Part shown: positions 29,701-38,689 of the stretch, piece after piece
Layout of the letters: the number at the start of each line of letters is the position of its first letter
How positions within the stretch are numbered: the first letter of the stretch is position 1
Origin: Tubiluchus corallicola
Lineage: Eukaryota > Animalia > Priapulida
Length of the DNA: 51,734 nucleotides
Assembly: GCA_030141605.1 (NCBI GenBank)
Contig: JAQGDQ010001255.1
Coordinates: 1 to 51,734 of the forward strand
Reading direction: 5' to 3'
Position numbers and translations under genes: made by a program
Notes under the pieces: model-generated
Told to the model about the DNA's origin: nothing
Seen by the model: only the letters and a program-made list of their open reading frames with translations
Database searches by the model: none

Positions 29701-32700
29701 GACTTGAGGCTAAAATTGTAGATTCAAATTTTGTAAAACATTTCAATTACATTCATTTTTTACAATTACACCGTTCAAAATGTTGCACAATCTTCACAGT
29801 CTTTGTGCACAATGTTTTTAGCTTCATTGTCATCATATCCCCGTTACATTTACTGTAGATTCTGGGCAGGCAGTATTCTAAAATAAAAAAAGAAATTTGC
29901 CCTGAAGACTGTTAAACACCTCGGTGATCCAGCAAAAAATTAGACACTGTGACTTGTGACCAGCACAAAATTAGATACCAGTGACTTGTCAGCACCATCT
30001 CCAAGCTATGATGGAAATTACAAATTATTTTTTAGCAAATTACAGTTCTCAACGAAGTGCATGCAAGACTGTTCTTTAATTTTGCCTTGTCTTTAAAACT
30101 GAATTCCAGTAGTGAATACTGAAGTTCAATTTGGGTAAAATTTGTAAACCAAAATACATTTTGATCCAAATTTGATTTCTGATAGCGTGTGTTGACACGT
30201 ATTCCTCGTGTTGATGATTGCAGACTCACTTACTGATTCTGATTCATGCCTGCGAGTCGTTTCACTATCTGAAGATTCTTCGTTTTTTTGCAGGTGCTCC
30301 CGTGGGCGGTCCAACCCAGCAGCAACTGTACGTGAAATGCAGCGACGCAACTGTGATATGCGAATCTAAACCCGTCCAAGCTGGAGAACCTCACGACATA
30401 TTTATCAAGGCAATTTAACAGCATTTTAAAAACAACTTTTTGCATTAATGTCATCCTAGTTTTCACTGCTAAACCAAACTTGCTGTTTCTGTTTGGTATT
30501 TCTTGTGTTTACGTGGAGATCAGTAGTAAATTTTCTTGTTACATGTTAGATTATCTGGCATATTGTGACAAGTTGCATCAAAGCACACCCAGATGTTGTT
30601 ACTAAGTGTAGATTTACAACTTGTTTCGAGTCTATAATTATCTATTGTCTATGTCTTGCAAACCCTTTAATGTTGCAAGCAGTGATGTTAACAAGTGATT
30701 GTTAGTCAATGAATTGTCGTATAGTTTGCTTAAAGGATTTTATTGTAATATTCCTCCACCAGGTGGCATGCGGTGCATCACCTCAAATTAAACGATTCTT
30801 CGTTTGTATATACCTGGATCCATTCCTCAGTAAGCCTGTTCAGACGTGGCAGTTCTACGTTCATTCGCTGCAGAGAGTTGATGTCGCGTGTGTTGAAGGC
30901 CAGACCAATCGGTTTTCTCTGATTGTGAGGTAAAATGCTATTATCTTTGTGTTTTGTAACTGTACAGATTCATCATAGTGTTATGGCTAAGTGGCTCTTG
31001 CAACATGCAAGACATAATAGTTTCTTAATTTTGGTTTAATAAATTACTAATATTTTTTTGAAAAATTTGGCTCTTTGCAACATAGAACCTAGTATTCAAT
31101 GGCAGGGCTTACTCAATTTGAATGATTATGATGAACTGGGAATGCAGCAAGATGAGCCACTGAACTAGCAGAGGTATCTTAACAAATTTTTGGATGTGCG
31201 TACATCTCCTATCTACGAGGTGAACAGCCAGAATCCACATGGTAAATGAAGCCGCTTAGAGCGAATGTTGAAATGGTTGATTATCCAGTCAGTGAGTAGA
31301 GAGTGAGCAGTTCTTGACATTGTTCGCCATGACTACTCGGCTGTGCATCTGGTCTCAGTTGCTTTCCAAACATTTTTCTGCATTCGATGCAAAATTGTGT
31401 TCATTACAAATGTGTAGAATACATTTTGCGGATACTACAAATGTATTCTGTAATTAAACTAAGTTCTATACTATTCTAAGAACTATGATTTTACTAATTG
31501 CACGAGGCGCTTATCACACTTTTATTAATAAACCCTTGTAACAGTTTTCGCAAACATTAAAATAAGCTTAACTTCTTAGAAGACTTGACTTTTCCTTTAA
31601 CTGGTGTATGAATTCAGCATTAACTGCACACAGTTATCAATAGTGAATCAAGAGGAAGTTAAAATGTCCGTAAATCTCAAAAACTCTTTATTGCGATTCC
31701 GAAAGCTTCTGAAGAAAAAATAAAGAATTTTTGAGATTTACGGACATTTTAACTTCTTCTTTTACGATTATGACTATGACAAATCTCAGAAGGGCACTAT
31801 CTCATTTTCAAGGTAGTAGCAAATCAAGTTCAGAAGAAAAATCTTGTTCTTTGACAGTTAACTTAATTTTGCTTGTGTGATTAATTAAATTCCTAATTCT
31901 TTGTGATTAGGCTGTTACTTTTAATTGTTTGCAGTGCAAATTACTAGTACTGACTGCTGTTAACTGAAGCTTTACGTCAGTTTTTTTTACTTTTTTAATG
32001 TTTTTTGTTGGCATCCTTCTGTCTCGGAAGACAATGGAATGTGCGCCAAGAGAGTCAGTTATTGATCACATTGATGGAGCTGCAGCATTTGCTGTGGTTG
32101 AGCAGTGCGATCCTTGAACGTCTCCAGAGCGCACGCCTGGGCAAGGTGTATGGAGATCCTGAGTTGCCCAGACAACAGCAACCCCTCTCTTCCTCCCTGG
32201 TGTAGTCTAAAGGAAAGCGGAACAATACGTTTGGCACGAGGTTGGCTGTAGGAGCTCCCGGAGTCAGTGAGCATGCTGCACTGGTCCGCCTTCGGGGCTC
32301 CACTCCTGATTTGGAAGGTTTAATCCTCTACACATGGCCATTGGGTCACTTGACCTCCTCCACCCTCTAGCCGTTGGCTGCTTGTGCAGCTCCTCCGCCT
32401 AGTGTCGAGATACAGTGTGGGCATCCCGCAAGCCTACAGCACCTGGTATTCCTAGGCGGTCACCCATCCAAGCACTAAGCAGGCTCTATGTTGCTTAACT
32501 TCGGTGATCAGACGAAAACCGGTGTTTTCAACGTGATTTGGCCGCAGTTTTTTTTAAATATAATATCTCATATATTACTGCTGTAAACCTTTAACCAAGT
32601 TTATTGATTTTTAGAGGCACTCAAGCATCCAGGTTTGTCTGTGCTTATTCTTCCCATCCTGCAGAGCTCCAGTTGCAGCCCAGGGAGCCGTTTATGTTGA

Positions 32701-35700
32701 CTGCTAACACGGTTCACGAGATACACGTCGGAGTCAGACCGCTGCAGACCGGGACGCGATTTTTGTAATTAATTAATGAATCGTTTGTCGGACGTATTTT
32801 GCGCAACACGTAGAACGATTGTAGGCTTAGATGAAATTGTTTTAGTAAGACAGATTAGCCAGAAAACGATTCCACGCAAAGTTGCATGTGATGTTTACTC
32901 CAAGATAGGAACAGATATGGGGAATTTCAGGACAAAATGCAAAAAATCAATAATATTTTGTTCTCTAAAATGCAAGTAGTATTTTGAGTGCATTGTGTGA
33001 TGGTTAGTAATGATGTACCATTGTAGTAATTCAAATTTATGTCACACTGAGTCACATGGCACATAGTTACTAGTGTTGCTCCGGGTATCCGATTTGTATC
33101 CGAAAATGGTGATATTCGCGAGATTTTGCTGATATTCGTATCCGATATTATCTGATAGTTATAAAAATTAAATATTCGCTATCCGGTTTTCGTAATGTGC
33201 AATTGAAAACGCTTTTCAAATAATTTAACAGCCGAGAATAAATAAAATATTACCAAAAAACTTACAGATCATTTTAGCCTATGTCTGAGTTTTCAAGACG
33301 AAAATTAAAAACATCTATTTTTGTTTGTGTGTAATAATACGGTGTATCTTCGGGCTAGGTTCCTTTAAGATGATAGACTAAACGAAAACGCTAAAGTTTG
33401 CAAACATTTACTAATTTTTCATCATCAGAACTGATCCGCATATTTGATCCGAATTTAGCTAATCTATCCGGGTATAATCCGAATCCGGAAGTCAATTTGA
33501 GGACATATTTAATGGTATCCAGTATCCAGCAAAAAAGTGTATCCGTAGCAACACTAATAGTTACCAAGTTTGCAAGTTTATGTTGAAAATTTCATGGTAC
33601 TGTATACATAGCTCACAAAGTGTGCAATTTGTATGTTCCTACTATTTTGTATGTTTTATCTGGCATTGTCTGTCTTTGCTAAAAGTTTTCTATTTTTTTC
33701 ATTTTTGACTTCTTTAATTTATTGGTTTGTGTCTCACTGGTTTGTTTTTGTTATTTTTGTAGGTTCGTGAATGTCGTTGATGTCGAATTCCATCAGCTGT
33801 TGCGCTCGTGGCTCGTCTGTGTGACATGTCAACCGCCTGTAATTACCAAGGTGTTTGAGCTGCAGTTACCTGCGGGCGGGGGTCATGGTTCAAACAAGGT
33901 AGGTTTCAACCCCCTGTAATTACCATGGTGTTTGAGCTGCAGTTACCTGCGGGCGGGGGTCATGGTTCAAACAAGGTAGGTTTCAACCGCCTGTAATTAC
34001 CAAGGTGTTCGCGTTGCAGTTACCTGCGGGCGGGGGTCATGGTTCAAACAAGGTAGGTTTCAACCGCCTGTAATTATCAAGGTGTTTGAGCTGCAGTTAC
34101 CTGCGGGCGGGGGTCATGGTTCAAACTAGGTAGGTTTCAACCGCCTGTAATTACCAAGGTGTTTGAGCTGCAGTTACCTGCGGGCGGGGGTCATGGTTCA
34201 AACAAGGTAGGTTTCAACCGCCTGTGATTACCAAGGTGTTCGAGTTGCAGTTACCTGTGGGCAGGGGTCATGGTTCAAACAAGGTAGGTTTCAACCGCCT
34301 GTGATTACCAAGGTATTTGAGCTGCAGTTACTTGTGGGCGGGGGTCATGGTTCAAACAAGGTAGGTTTCAACCGCCTGTAATTACCAAGGTGTTTGAGCT
34401 GCAGTTACCTGTGGGCGGGGGTCATGGTTCAAACAAGGTAGGTTTCAACCGCCTGTGATTACCAAGGTGTTCGAGTTGCAGTTACCTGTGGGCAGGGGTC
34501 ATGGTTCAAACAAGGTAGGTTTCAACCGCCTGTGATTACCAAGGTATTTGAGCTGCAGTTACTTGTGGGCGGGGGTCATGGTTCAAACAAGGTAGGTTTC
34601 AACCGCCTGTAATTACCAAGGTGTTTGAGCTGCAGTTACCTGTGGGCGGGGGTCATGGTTCAAACAAGGTAGTTTTTAACCGCCTGTAATTACCAAGGTG
34701 TTTGAGCTGCAGTTACCTGTGGGCGGGGGTCATGGTTCAAACAAGGTAGGTTTCAACCGCCTGTGATTACCAAGGTGTTTGAGCTGCAGTTACCTGCGGG
34801 CAGGGGTCATGGTTCAAAGAAGGTAGGTTTCAACTGTTTGTGATTACCAAGGTGTTTGAGCTGCAGTTACTTGTGGGCGGGGGTCATGGTTCAAACATGG
34901 TAGGTTCCGTATCATTTAATTTTTTAGTACTTTTTCACAGTGTTGTCACATGTCACATTGTTTTCACATTACTGCAACTTGGAAATTTTGCCGGTGATCG
35001 TTATAGTTTTTTGAAGATTATTTATTTTTGTATAGTGTAAAATCCTTATAAATACATGCTTGAACGCTGTACAGAGTGGCAAAAGAACATAAAGCTAATA
35101 CTAATGTGATCATTTAAAACAGATAAATAATACAAAATTTTGCAAGAAAAACTGTGTAAAATAAAATATGTGTTATAAAATAGTTAATCAAGCCGTTAGG
35201 AAGAAACAGTTCACTCCATATCAGCTTGAAATGTGAAAATCACAGTAAAACTCCCGCATATTTCCATCACAATAATAACAATAAAATTCGATTTGGTTAT
35301 AGAACTGCAAAACTTTATTAGTAACATTTTTTTTCATTGGCTTCGTTTATGCAGTGCTGGTGACCCAGAGATTTGTTAGCAGATGATGTTTTTGTTTCAA
35401 TGTACGTCATACATGACGATTTTGTTCATAATGCAAAAGAGTGACGGAAAAACAAATAAAATACTACGAACCAAAATAAAACAGTCTGTTTTCTCAAATG
35501 TTGCCTTTCGTAGCTTCTAACATCAAATTAATTAACTTCATATGAAGCTTGACAAAATGAAGCTGTTTTTGCTTACAAACATATATTGTATGTGATATTC
35601 ACTGTGACTAAGTGTGGGAGTATCAAGTTCCATTATTACGCATACGTTTTGATATTGCAGAAGATAACGTATACTAACCCATACGCTCAGAGGCGAGTCT

Positions 35701-36267
35701 TTCATCTCAGAACAAGTCGGAGTGATCTAGTTCAGTTTAAAGAGGAAAAGATGGATATTGCAGCAGGGGAGTCGTATACTATAGGTGTGTAACTTATCTT
35801 TGTTGTAGATACCTTATCTTACCTTACCGTGCTTTGTGTGCATTACATAGGATAAGTTACTAATCATTAATATTATTTTTAACAAGTCAATATACCAAGG
35901 CATGATGAATGCCATTATAGCACACTTGTTATGAAAGCATAACGTTTTGACTGTTCCACAACCTTGTTCAAATGATACTTACTTCTCTAGCAGCCATTAG
36001 AGAAGTGAGCGTCCTCTCGGAGAGTAAGTCGCGGCAAGTTTTGTTCTCTAATCTGAATGCGCCGTAACATACGTAATATGTATACATATTGTCTTTATAT
36101 ACTTATCGTATTTCATATGCTTGTCATTTAATTTGCAAAATACTTGTATTTTAGGTCTGAAATTTATGCCGTCCACATTTACTGGTGCTGCTGAGATTCT
36201 CGTATTCATCAACGACGAAGATGATAAAAATGAGGAAACTTTCAGTGTACGTGCTACTTATGTTTAA
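2518..36267 (+). CDS. NPHP4: Nephrocystin-4 (NPHP4) orthologue, 24 coding exons, 5'-partial
   Basis: Translated exons carry hallmark NPHP4 segments ([88 protein letters not shown]). Exon phases chain without frameshift: 3796 nt = 1 nt + 1265 codons including the stop. Confidence 0.96.
2860..3095 (-). mobile_element. Old dispersed SINE-like repeat, related copies near 12985-13140 and 31120-31350
   Basis: Shared core gag(c/a)cactgaac(c/t)agcagag; this copy is preceded on the minus strand by a 5S-like GAAGTTAAGCAAC segment. Confidence 0.45.
3476..3663 (+). CDS. NPHP4: NPHP4 exon (DYMSKPKL...[10 protein letters not shown]...IVERRVR)
   Basis: tttag acceptor, GTAAGT donor; matches TLYPSLEKFE and ILERRLR. 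Confidence 0.92.
4009..4362. mobile_element. Degenerate hAT-like MITE
   Basis: Termini CAGGGGCGGAT ... ATCTGCCAATG; no clean TSD. Confidence 0.4.
4873..4949 (-). other. tRNA-derived SINE head fragment
   Basis: Minus strand reads ...ttcggttaggtgcttgaactgtag...GAGTTCGAGTCTC (A/B-box spacing). Confidence 0.45.
5092..5264 (+). CDS. NPHP4: NPHP4 exon ([14 protein letters not shown]...)
   Basis: ttcag acceptor, GTAAGT donor; GVHNG motif. Confidence 0.92.
5669..6085. mobile_element. Tc1/mariner (pogo/Tigger-type) MITE
   Basis: TIR CAGTGTTCCCTC ... GAGGGAACACTG flanked by TA on both sides. Confidence 0.88.
6214..6349 (+). CDS. NPHP4: NPHP4 exon ([28 protein letters not shown])
   Basis: tttag / GTAACA; matches HPAFAVIFQLEYVF. 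Confidence 0.9.
7592..7822 (+). CDS. NPHP4: NPHP4 exon (LRWVAWCPF...LCGGPLPHP)
   Basis: tgcag / GTATGA; matches VRWAVWNP...LQGGIQPNP. Confidence 0.9.
8011..8630. mobile_element. MITE with ~40-bp imperfect TIRs, copy 1
   Basis: Colinear homologue at 27962-28610; ends (c/t)atatgt...gcatagcaaaatcgtccat / tgccgact...ttttga.ttgca...cacata(t/c)g. Confidence 0.8.
8732..8811 (+). CDS. NPHP4: NPHP4 short linker exon ([26 protein letters not shown])
   Basis: tttgcag acceptor, GTAAGT donor. Its phase 0-to-2 is what the flanking exons require; no recognisable homology. Confidence 0.75.
9346..9538 (+). CDS. NPHP4: NPHP4 Pro/Ser/Gln-rich exon (SLSSVGNH...PMEIHHFQG)
   Basis: ttgcag acceptor, open frame, GTAGAG donor, phase fits both neighbours. 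Confidence 0.75.
9621..10650. repeat. 40-bp minisatellite, ~25 copies (CCTTATAAGCAGGATTCTGCTTTTGAACCTTGAAATCTTG)
   Basis: Direct 40-bp periodicity. Confidence 0.97.
11012..11175. repeat. Degenerate pentanucleotide microsatellite (ATGTG/ATGTT/ATGTA)n
   Basis: 5-bp periodicity visible. Confidence 0.75.
11222..11322 (+). CDS. NPHP4: NPHP4 exon ([15 protein letters not shown])
   Basis: ttgtag / GTTTGG; ELPFTP.HAPI motif. Confidence 0.9.
12391..12570. repeat. Short tandem repeat with core TCAAATTTGATTAGTTTA, ~6 copies
   Basis: Core recurs every 22-37 bp. Confidence 0.8.
12667..12855 (+). CDS. NPHP4: NPHP4 exon ([15 protein letters not shown]...[14 protein letters not shown])
   Basis: tttcag / GTTACT; matches LQSNEMVLQFLAFSR. 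Confidence 0.92.
13745..13837 (+). CDS. NPHP4: NPHP4 exon ([17 protein letters not shown])
   Basis: ttgcag / GTTTGT; FTFQFYRFP motif. Confidence 0.93.
13921..17222. repeat. 40/36-bp satellite, ~85 copies (CTAGTTGCTAAGTAGGTTTTCTTTTCCATGGTACTCAAAG)
   Basis: Direct periodicity; 36-bp variant lacks 4 nt; 865-bp higher-order duplication. Confidence 0.98.
17449..17516 (+). other. Degenerate tRNA-like / SINE head
   Basis: A-box-like GTCGCCTAGCGG and B-box GGTTCGAATCC; anticodon arm shortened. Confidence 0.4.
17865..17979 (+). CDS. NPHP4: NPHP4 exon ([10 protein letters not shown]...[14 protein letters not shown])
   Basis: ttcag / GTATTT; matches RDGTFDAGSPGFQ. Confidence 0.88.
18049..18405. repeat. 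16-bp minisatellite, ~22 copies (ATGACTCAGTACCACA)
   Basis: Direct 16-bp periodicity. Confidence 0.95.
18898..19074 (+). CDS. NPHP4: NPHP4 exon ([18 protein letters not shown])
   Basis: ctgcag / GTAATT; strongly conserved motif. Confidence 0.96.
19298..20742. repeat. 31-bp minisatellite, ~46 copies (AGTGAACAGTGGAGTAGTGTTACAGTACAGT)
   Basis: Units at 19510, 19541, 19572; 220-bp higher-order repeat (19971 vs 20191). Confidence 0.97.
20918..21184 (+). CDS. NPHP4: NPHP4 exon ([12 protein letters not shown]...[15 protein letters not shown])
   Basis: ttccag / GTAAGC; conserved motif. Confidence 0.94.
22436..22618 (+). CDS. NPHP4: NPHP4 exon (LTEVNRELS...[12 protein letters not shown])
   Basis: gtcag / GTACAA; matches RRRKLERMRSVR. 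Confidence 0.9.
22917..23373. mobile_element. pogo/Tigger-type MITE
   Basis: TIR CAGTCAACCTCGA.TATAAGG ... CCTTATATTCGAGGTTGACTG, TA TSD, internal repeated TATAAGGGAC motifs. Confidence 0.9.
24298..24524 (+). CDS. NPHP4: NPHP4 exon (YRERTK...[21 protein letters not shown])
   Basis: ttccag / GTATAC; conserved motif. Confidence 0.95.
24680..25230. mobile_element. Kolobok-type MITE (TTAA target)
   Basis: TTAA|AGGAAAACCGGAT ... ATCCGGTTTTCCT|TTAA. Confidence 0.82.
26181..26600. mobile_element. Degenerate hAT-like MITE
   Basis: Starts CAGGGCCGTG, ends AATACGTCCCG; GCCCT/GCGCC subterminal motifs; TSD not clear. Confidence 0.4.
26729..26918 (+). CDS. NPHP4: NPHP4 exon (VITDAREWR...HTPLEENMF...IPFKF)
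   Basis: ttgtag / GTACAT; conserved motif. Confidence 0.94.
27869..27946 (+). CDS. NPHP4: NPHP4 exon ([26 protein letters not shown])
   Basis: tcttag / GTATTC, phase 0-0, 78 nt; position matches the linker ending TKHAK in the vertebrate protein. Confidence 0.8.
27962..28610. mobile_element. MITE with ~40-bp imperfect TIRs, copy 2
   Basis: Colinear with 8011-8630; TIR catatgtgtgcttgca...gtcggca / tgccgac...tgcaagcgcacatacg. Confidence 0.8.
29067..29215. repeat. 46-bp tandem repeat, ~3.2 copies
   Basis: gcactgtgataggaagccatagc at 29068, 29114, 29160. Confidence 0.93.
29377..29533 (+). CDS. NPHP4: NPHP4 exon ([32 protein letters not shown])
   Basis: tttag / GTAACG; conserved motif. Confidence 0.95.
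30294..30409 (+). CDS. NPHP4: NPHP4 exon (GAPVG...[11 protein letters not shown]...GEPHDIFIK), ends at a GC donor
   Basis: ttgcag acceptor; homology and phase place the donor at AAG|GCAATT. Confidence 0.9.
30763..30929 (+). CDS. NPHP4: NPHP4 exon ([13 protein letters not shown]...[15 protein letters not shown])
   Basis: ccaccag / GTAAAA; conserved motif. Confidence 0.95.
31651..31760. repeat. Intronic palindrome / hairpin with 42-bp arms
   Basis: 31651-31692 is the reverse complement of 31719-31760 with 2 mismatches. Confidence 0.9.
31990..32547 (-). mobile_element. 5S rRNA-headed SINE (SINE3 type) with LINE-derived body and A-rich tail
   Basis: Minus strand 32547-32430 is a near full-length diverged 5S rRNA (CACGTTGAAAACACCGG...GAAGTTAAGCAAC...GGATGGGTGACCGCCT.GGAATACC.GGTGCTGTAGGCTT). 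It is followed by a ~420-bp GC-rich body and an A-rich tail, with CAGTTTTTTTTA on both flanks. Confidence 0.88.
32615..32764 (+). CDS. NPHP4: NPHP4 exon ([18 protein letters not shown]...IHVGVRPL)
   Basis: ttttag / GTAATT; matches GTQTVRKVRAFTSHPQEL. Confidence 0.93.
33071..33556. mobile_element. hAT MITE with 8-bp TSD
   Basis: ATAGTTAC|TAGTGTTGCT ... AGCAACACTA|ATAGTTAC; repeated (T)ATCCG subterminal motifs. Confidence 0.92.
33763..33898 (+). CDS. NPHP4: NPHP4 exon ([18 protein letters not shown]...GGGHGSNK)
   Basis: ttgtag / GTAGGT; conserved motif; its 3' 70 nt seed the 77-bp array. Confidence 0.94.
33829..34906 (+). repeat. 77-bp tandem array, 14 copies of an NPHP4 exon 3' end plus splice donor
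   Basis: Unit tcaaccgcctgtaattaccaaggtg...caaacaagGTAGGTT; 14 x 77 = 1078 bp; copy 1 is coding. Confidence 0.97.
35661..35784 (+). CDS. NPHP4: NPHP4 exon ([16 protein letters not shown]...GESYTI)
   Basis: ttgcag / GTGTGT; conserved motif. Confidence 0.94.
36155..36267 (+). CDS. NPHP4: NPHP4 terminal exon (LKFMP...[24 protein letters not shown])
   Basis: ttttag acceptor; matches the NPHP4 C-terminus EILIYINDHEDKNEEAF; TAA stop. Confidence 0.95.
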
Positions 36268-37228
36268 CGAGATCGAATACGGTCTATTTAGATGCAAAAG
36301 ATGTGCTAACATGTTTCTAACATCATCAACTATGCACAATGTTACAGAGATTACGTTTGAGTGTTGCTTCTGCATTTGTTAATTTATTCATTCATTAATT
36401 TATTCACTTATTCTGAGTGATAGATAGGTCGACACACATTCTTTTGAAGTTCTGTGAATGTAGACTTGGTTGCGTTCATGCAGTGCCACATTAACAGCGC
36501 ATTATATTTACATGTGACTATAGTGTCATCTCATCCGTCCAGTTAATATTTTACACGTTACTTTAGTAACATGTTTTGAAAGAATTTTTGCTTTCTCGTA
36601 TTTTATACCTGAGGTTTTAAGACTGCAGTTGACCACTGTGTGTCGCCACTTTCCCTAATTGCCCCTGAACAAACCCATTGGGGATTGTGATGTAATGATG
36701 ATTTTATATGACTGAAAGAAACGTGTTACCGCTTACTTAGTTAATGTGTAAGTGCAAAATACAAACGTATTTACAATAAGAGAAAACTGATATATCATTA
36801 ATTTCTCTTGTGTAATTCCCAACTGCCAGACAATAATTTACTCAAAACAATAAAATCGTTTAAGTTCCCAAAATATCATTTCAGTTTCCCTAAATGAAGT
36901 GTTAATTCTGGTAATTTTGGAAACACCTTTTTCAGCTGTAGTCTTTGATTTCTTAATCAGCATTGGGTAACTGTGAATTATGAAAAAACTATGTAAGTTA
37001 AAATCTGTTTAGTCTACAACAGGCATGTAATTTTGTTTTATTTTTAATAATATTAATGAAACTTATCATTTTGAAAAAGTTGAATATATTTGCATAGCAA
37101 GTCTGTACTTAATGTAAAACAACTTACATTGTATTACTGTATATGTATAATAGTCTTACTTTTTATAGACATTTTTAGAACGACAACATTATCGTATTTA
37201 GAATGTATTGGATTGTAAAAATATGATA

Positions 37229-37285
37229 ATTAAACATTTCATAGCTTTCTGAAGAATTTGCTTTGTTTTGTTGTGTCAGTTTGCT
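37229..37285 (+). terminator. Candidate NPHP4 polyadenylation signal
   Basis: ATTAAA at 37229 followed about 30 nt later by a GT/T-rich tract; alternative AATAAA at 36849. Confidence 0.35.
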
Positions 37286-38055
37286 AATAGACTTTGAGCT
37301 TTGATGATACGGTGTTTAATCTGTGGTGACAAATGTAAAAACTTAACAACATTTCACTGAAAATTGATGCACCATTTTAACTCTAATTACACAACTATTT
37401 GATACTTAACACAACATAATTGTGGAAAGTTGTAATGATGATGAGAAGTGGACAATGTCTGTGTGTAAGTTTCTGCTGACCAACACGGATTAATACTTAA
37501 CTCATGTACACACAAAAAATTGCACATAAACCCACGCCACTATATCCTTACCACCCACACCACGCCACACCCACCATGCTACCCACACTACACCACACCA
37601 TCATGCCACTGCCATTGCAGATGATGATGATGATAAGATTGATGCAATTTGAAATTGTGCAATGAAAAACGCTAGACCATCCACCAATAATTAGAAATGC
37701 ACACTGCTTCCATAATGACGGTATTGCAACCTAGGTTGCTAACTCTTAACAGATAGCTTTATACAGCCAACATAAAACTGATGAAACAGTCTGTAGGTAG
37801 AATATAATGGGTGACATCCAACAATGGATAACGCCCTACGCAATCCACATTTCGTAGTTCGCAACTCGCACTGAGAGCTGCAAAAAAACAAAAAAAAACT
37901 AAGTTTGAGTAAGGCCGCGTTTCCACTGCGTCCGCACAGACACAGACTTTTCTATCCGCACGTGTTACATCCGCAAAAGTTGTTTCCAATGGGACCGCAA
38001 TCATTCGTAAAATACGCCATCAATGAGCCAAAAGTTTGGCGCGAAATTCTAAACA

Positions 38056-38369
38056 TGAGACTTTCTAGAAGAAAGAAGATTTTTAATTTGCCGTGGTGGT
38101 TAAAGAAAAATGCAAGTAAGCGATACAGGAAGCAACAGCCACATTTTTGGGTACATCCAATATTTGAAAACTGTGGGCAGCTAAGTGAATATCATCATTT
38201 GTTGCAACAAGTTGTAATGGATGAAGAAAAGTGCCTTGGTTATTTGAGAATGCAACCTGCAACTTTCCGAATTTTACTTGATTTGTGTTCTGAATATCTT
38301 AAGAAACAGTACGCAAATTTTCGGGATTGTATTTCACCAGAACAGCGCCGTGTAGTTACGCTAGGGTAA
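38056..38369 (+). pseudogene. Harbinger transposase N-terminal fragment
   Basis: FWVHPI...EYHHLL...YLRMQPATF..LLDL...LKKQ..NFRDCISPEQR.VVTL is the typical Harbinger/HARBI1-like N-terminus; DDE core absent. Confidence 0.82.
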
Positions 38370-38689
38370 ACAGAGTCAACAACTAATTAACTGTATCTTA
38401 GCATGAAATTATTATTCAAATTTTCAGAAATATTATTACACGTGTACTATATATAGTTAATGTCTAATTTTAATTATTATCGAGACTTTCAATTTACATT
38501 AACACTTACAATTCACATTTACATTCCACAATAACAATTTGGTTAGCATACATGTGCGTTATGAAACTCGAAACAAAAGAAATGTTGTAATCTTGTGCTT
38601 GCGTTATGCAACAATATAGGTTTCAGCACTGGATAATGAATTCTTGCCTAAGTATTTGGGCTAACAATGGACATCATTCCACCACCATA

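Noticed and set aside
32430-32547. Functional 5S rRNA gene
   Set aside because: Several substitutions, no oligo-T terminator, and it runs into a SINE body with tail and TSD.
37726-37739. 14-bp perfect palindrome GCAACCTAGGTTGC
   Set aside because: About what chance gives in 52 kb; no supporting context.
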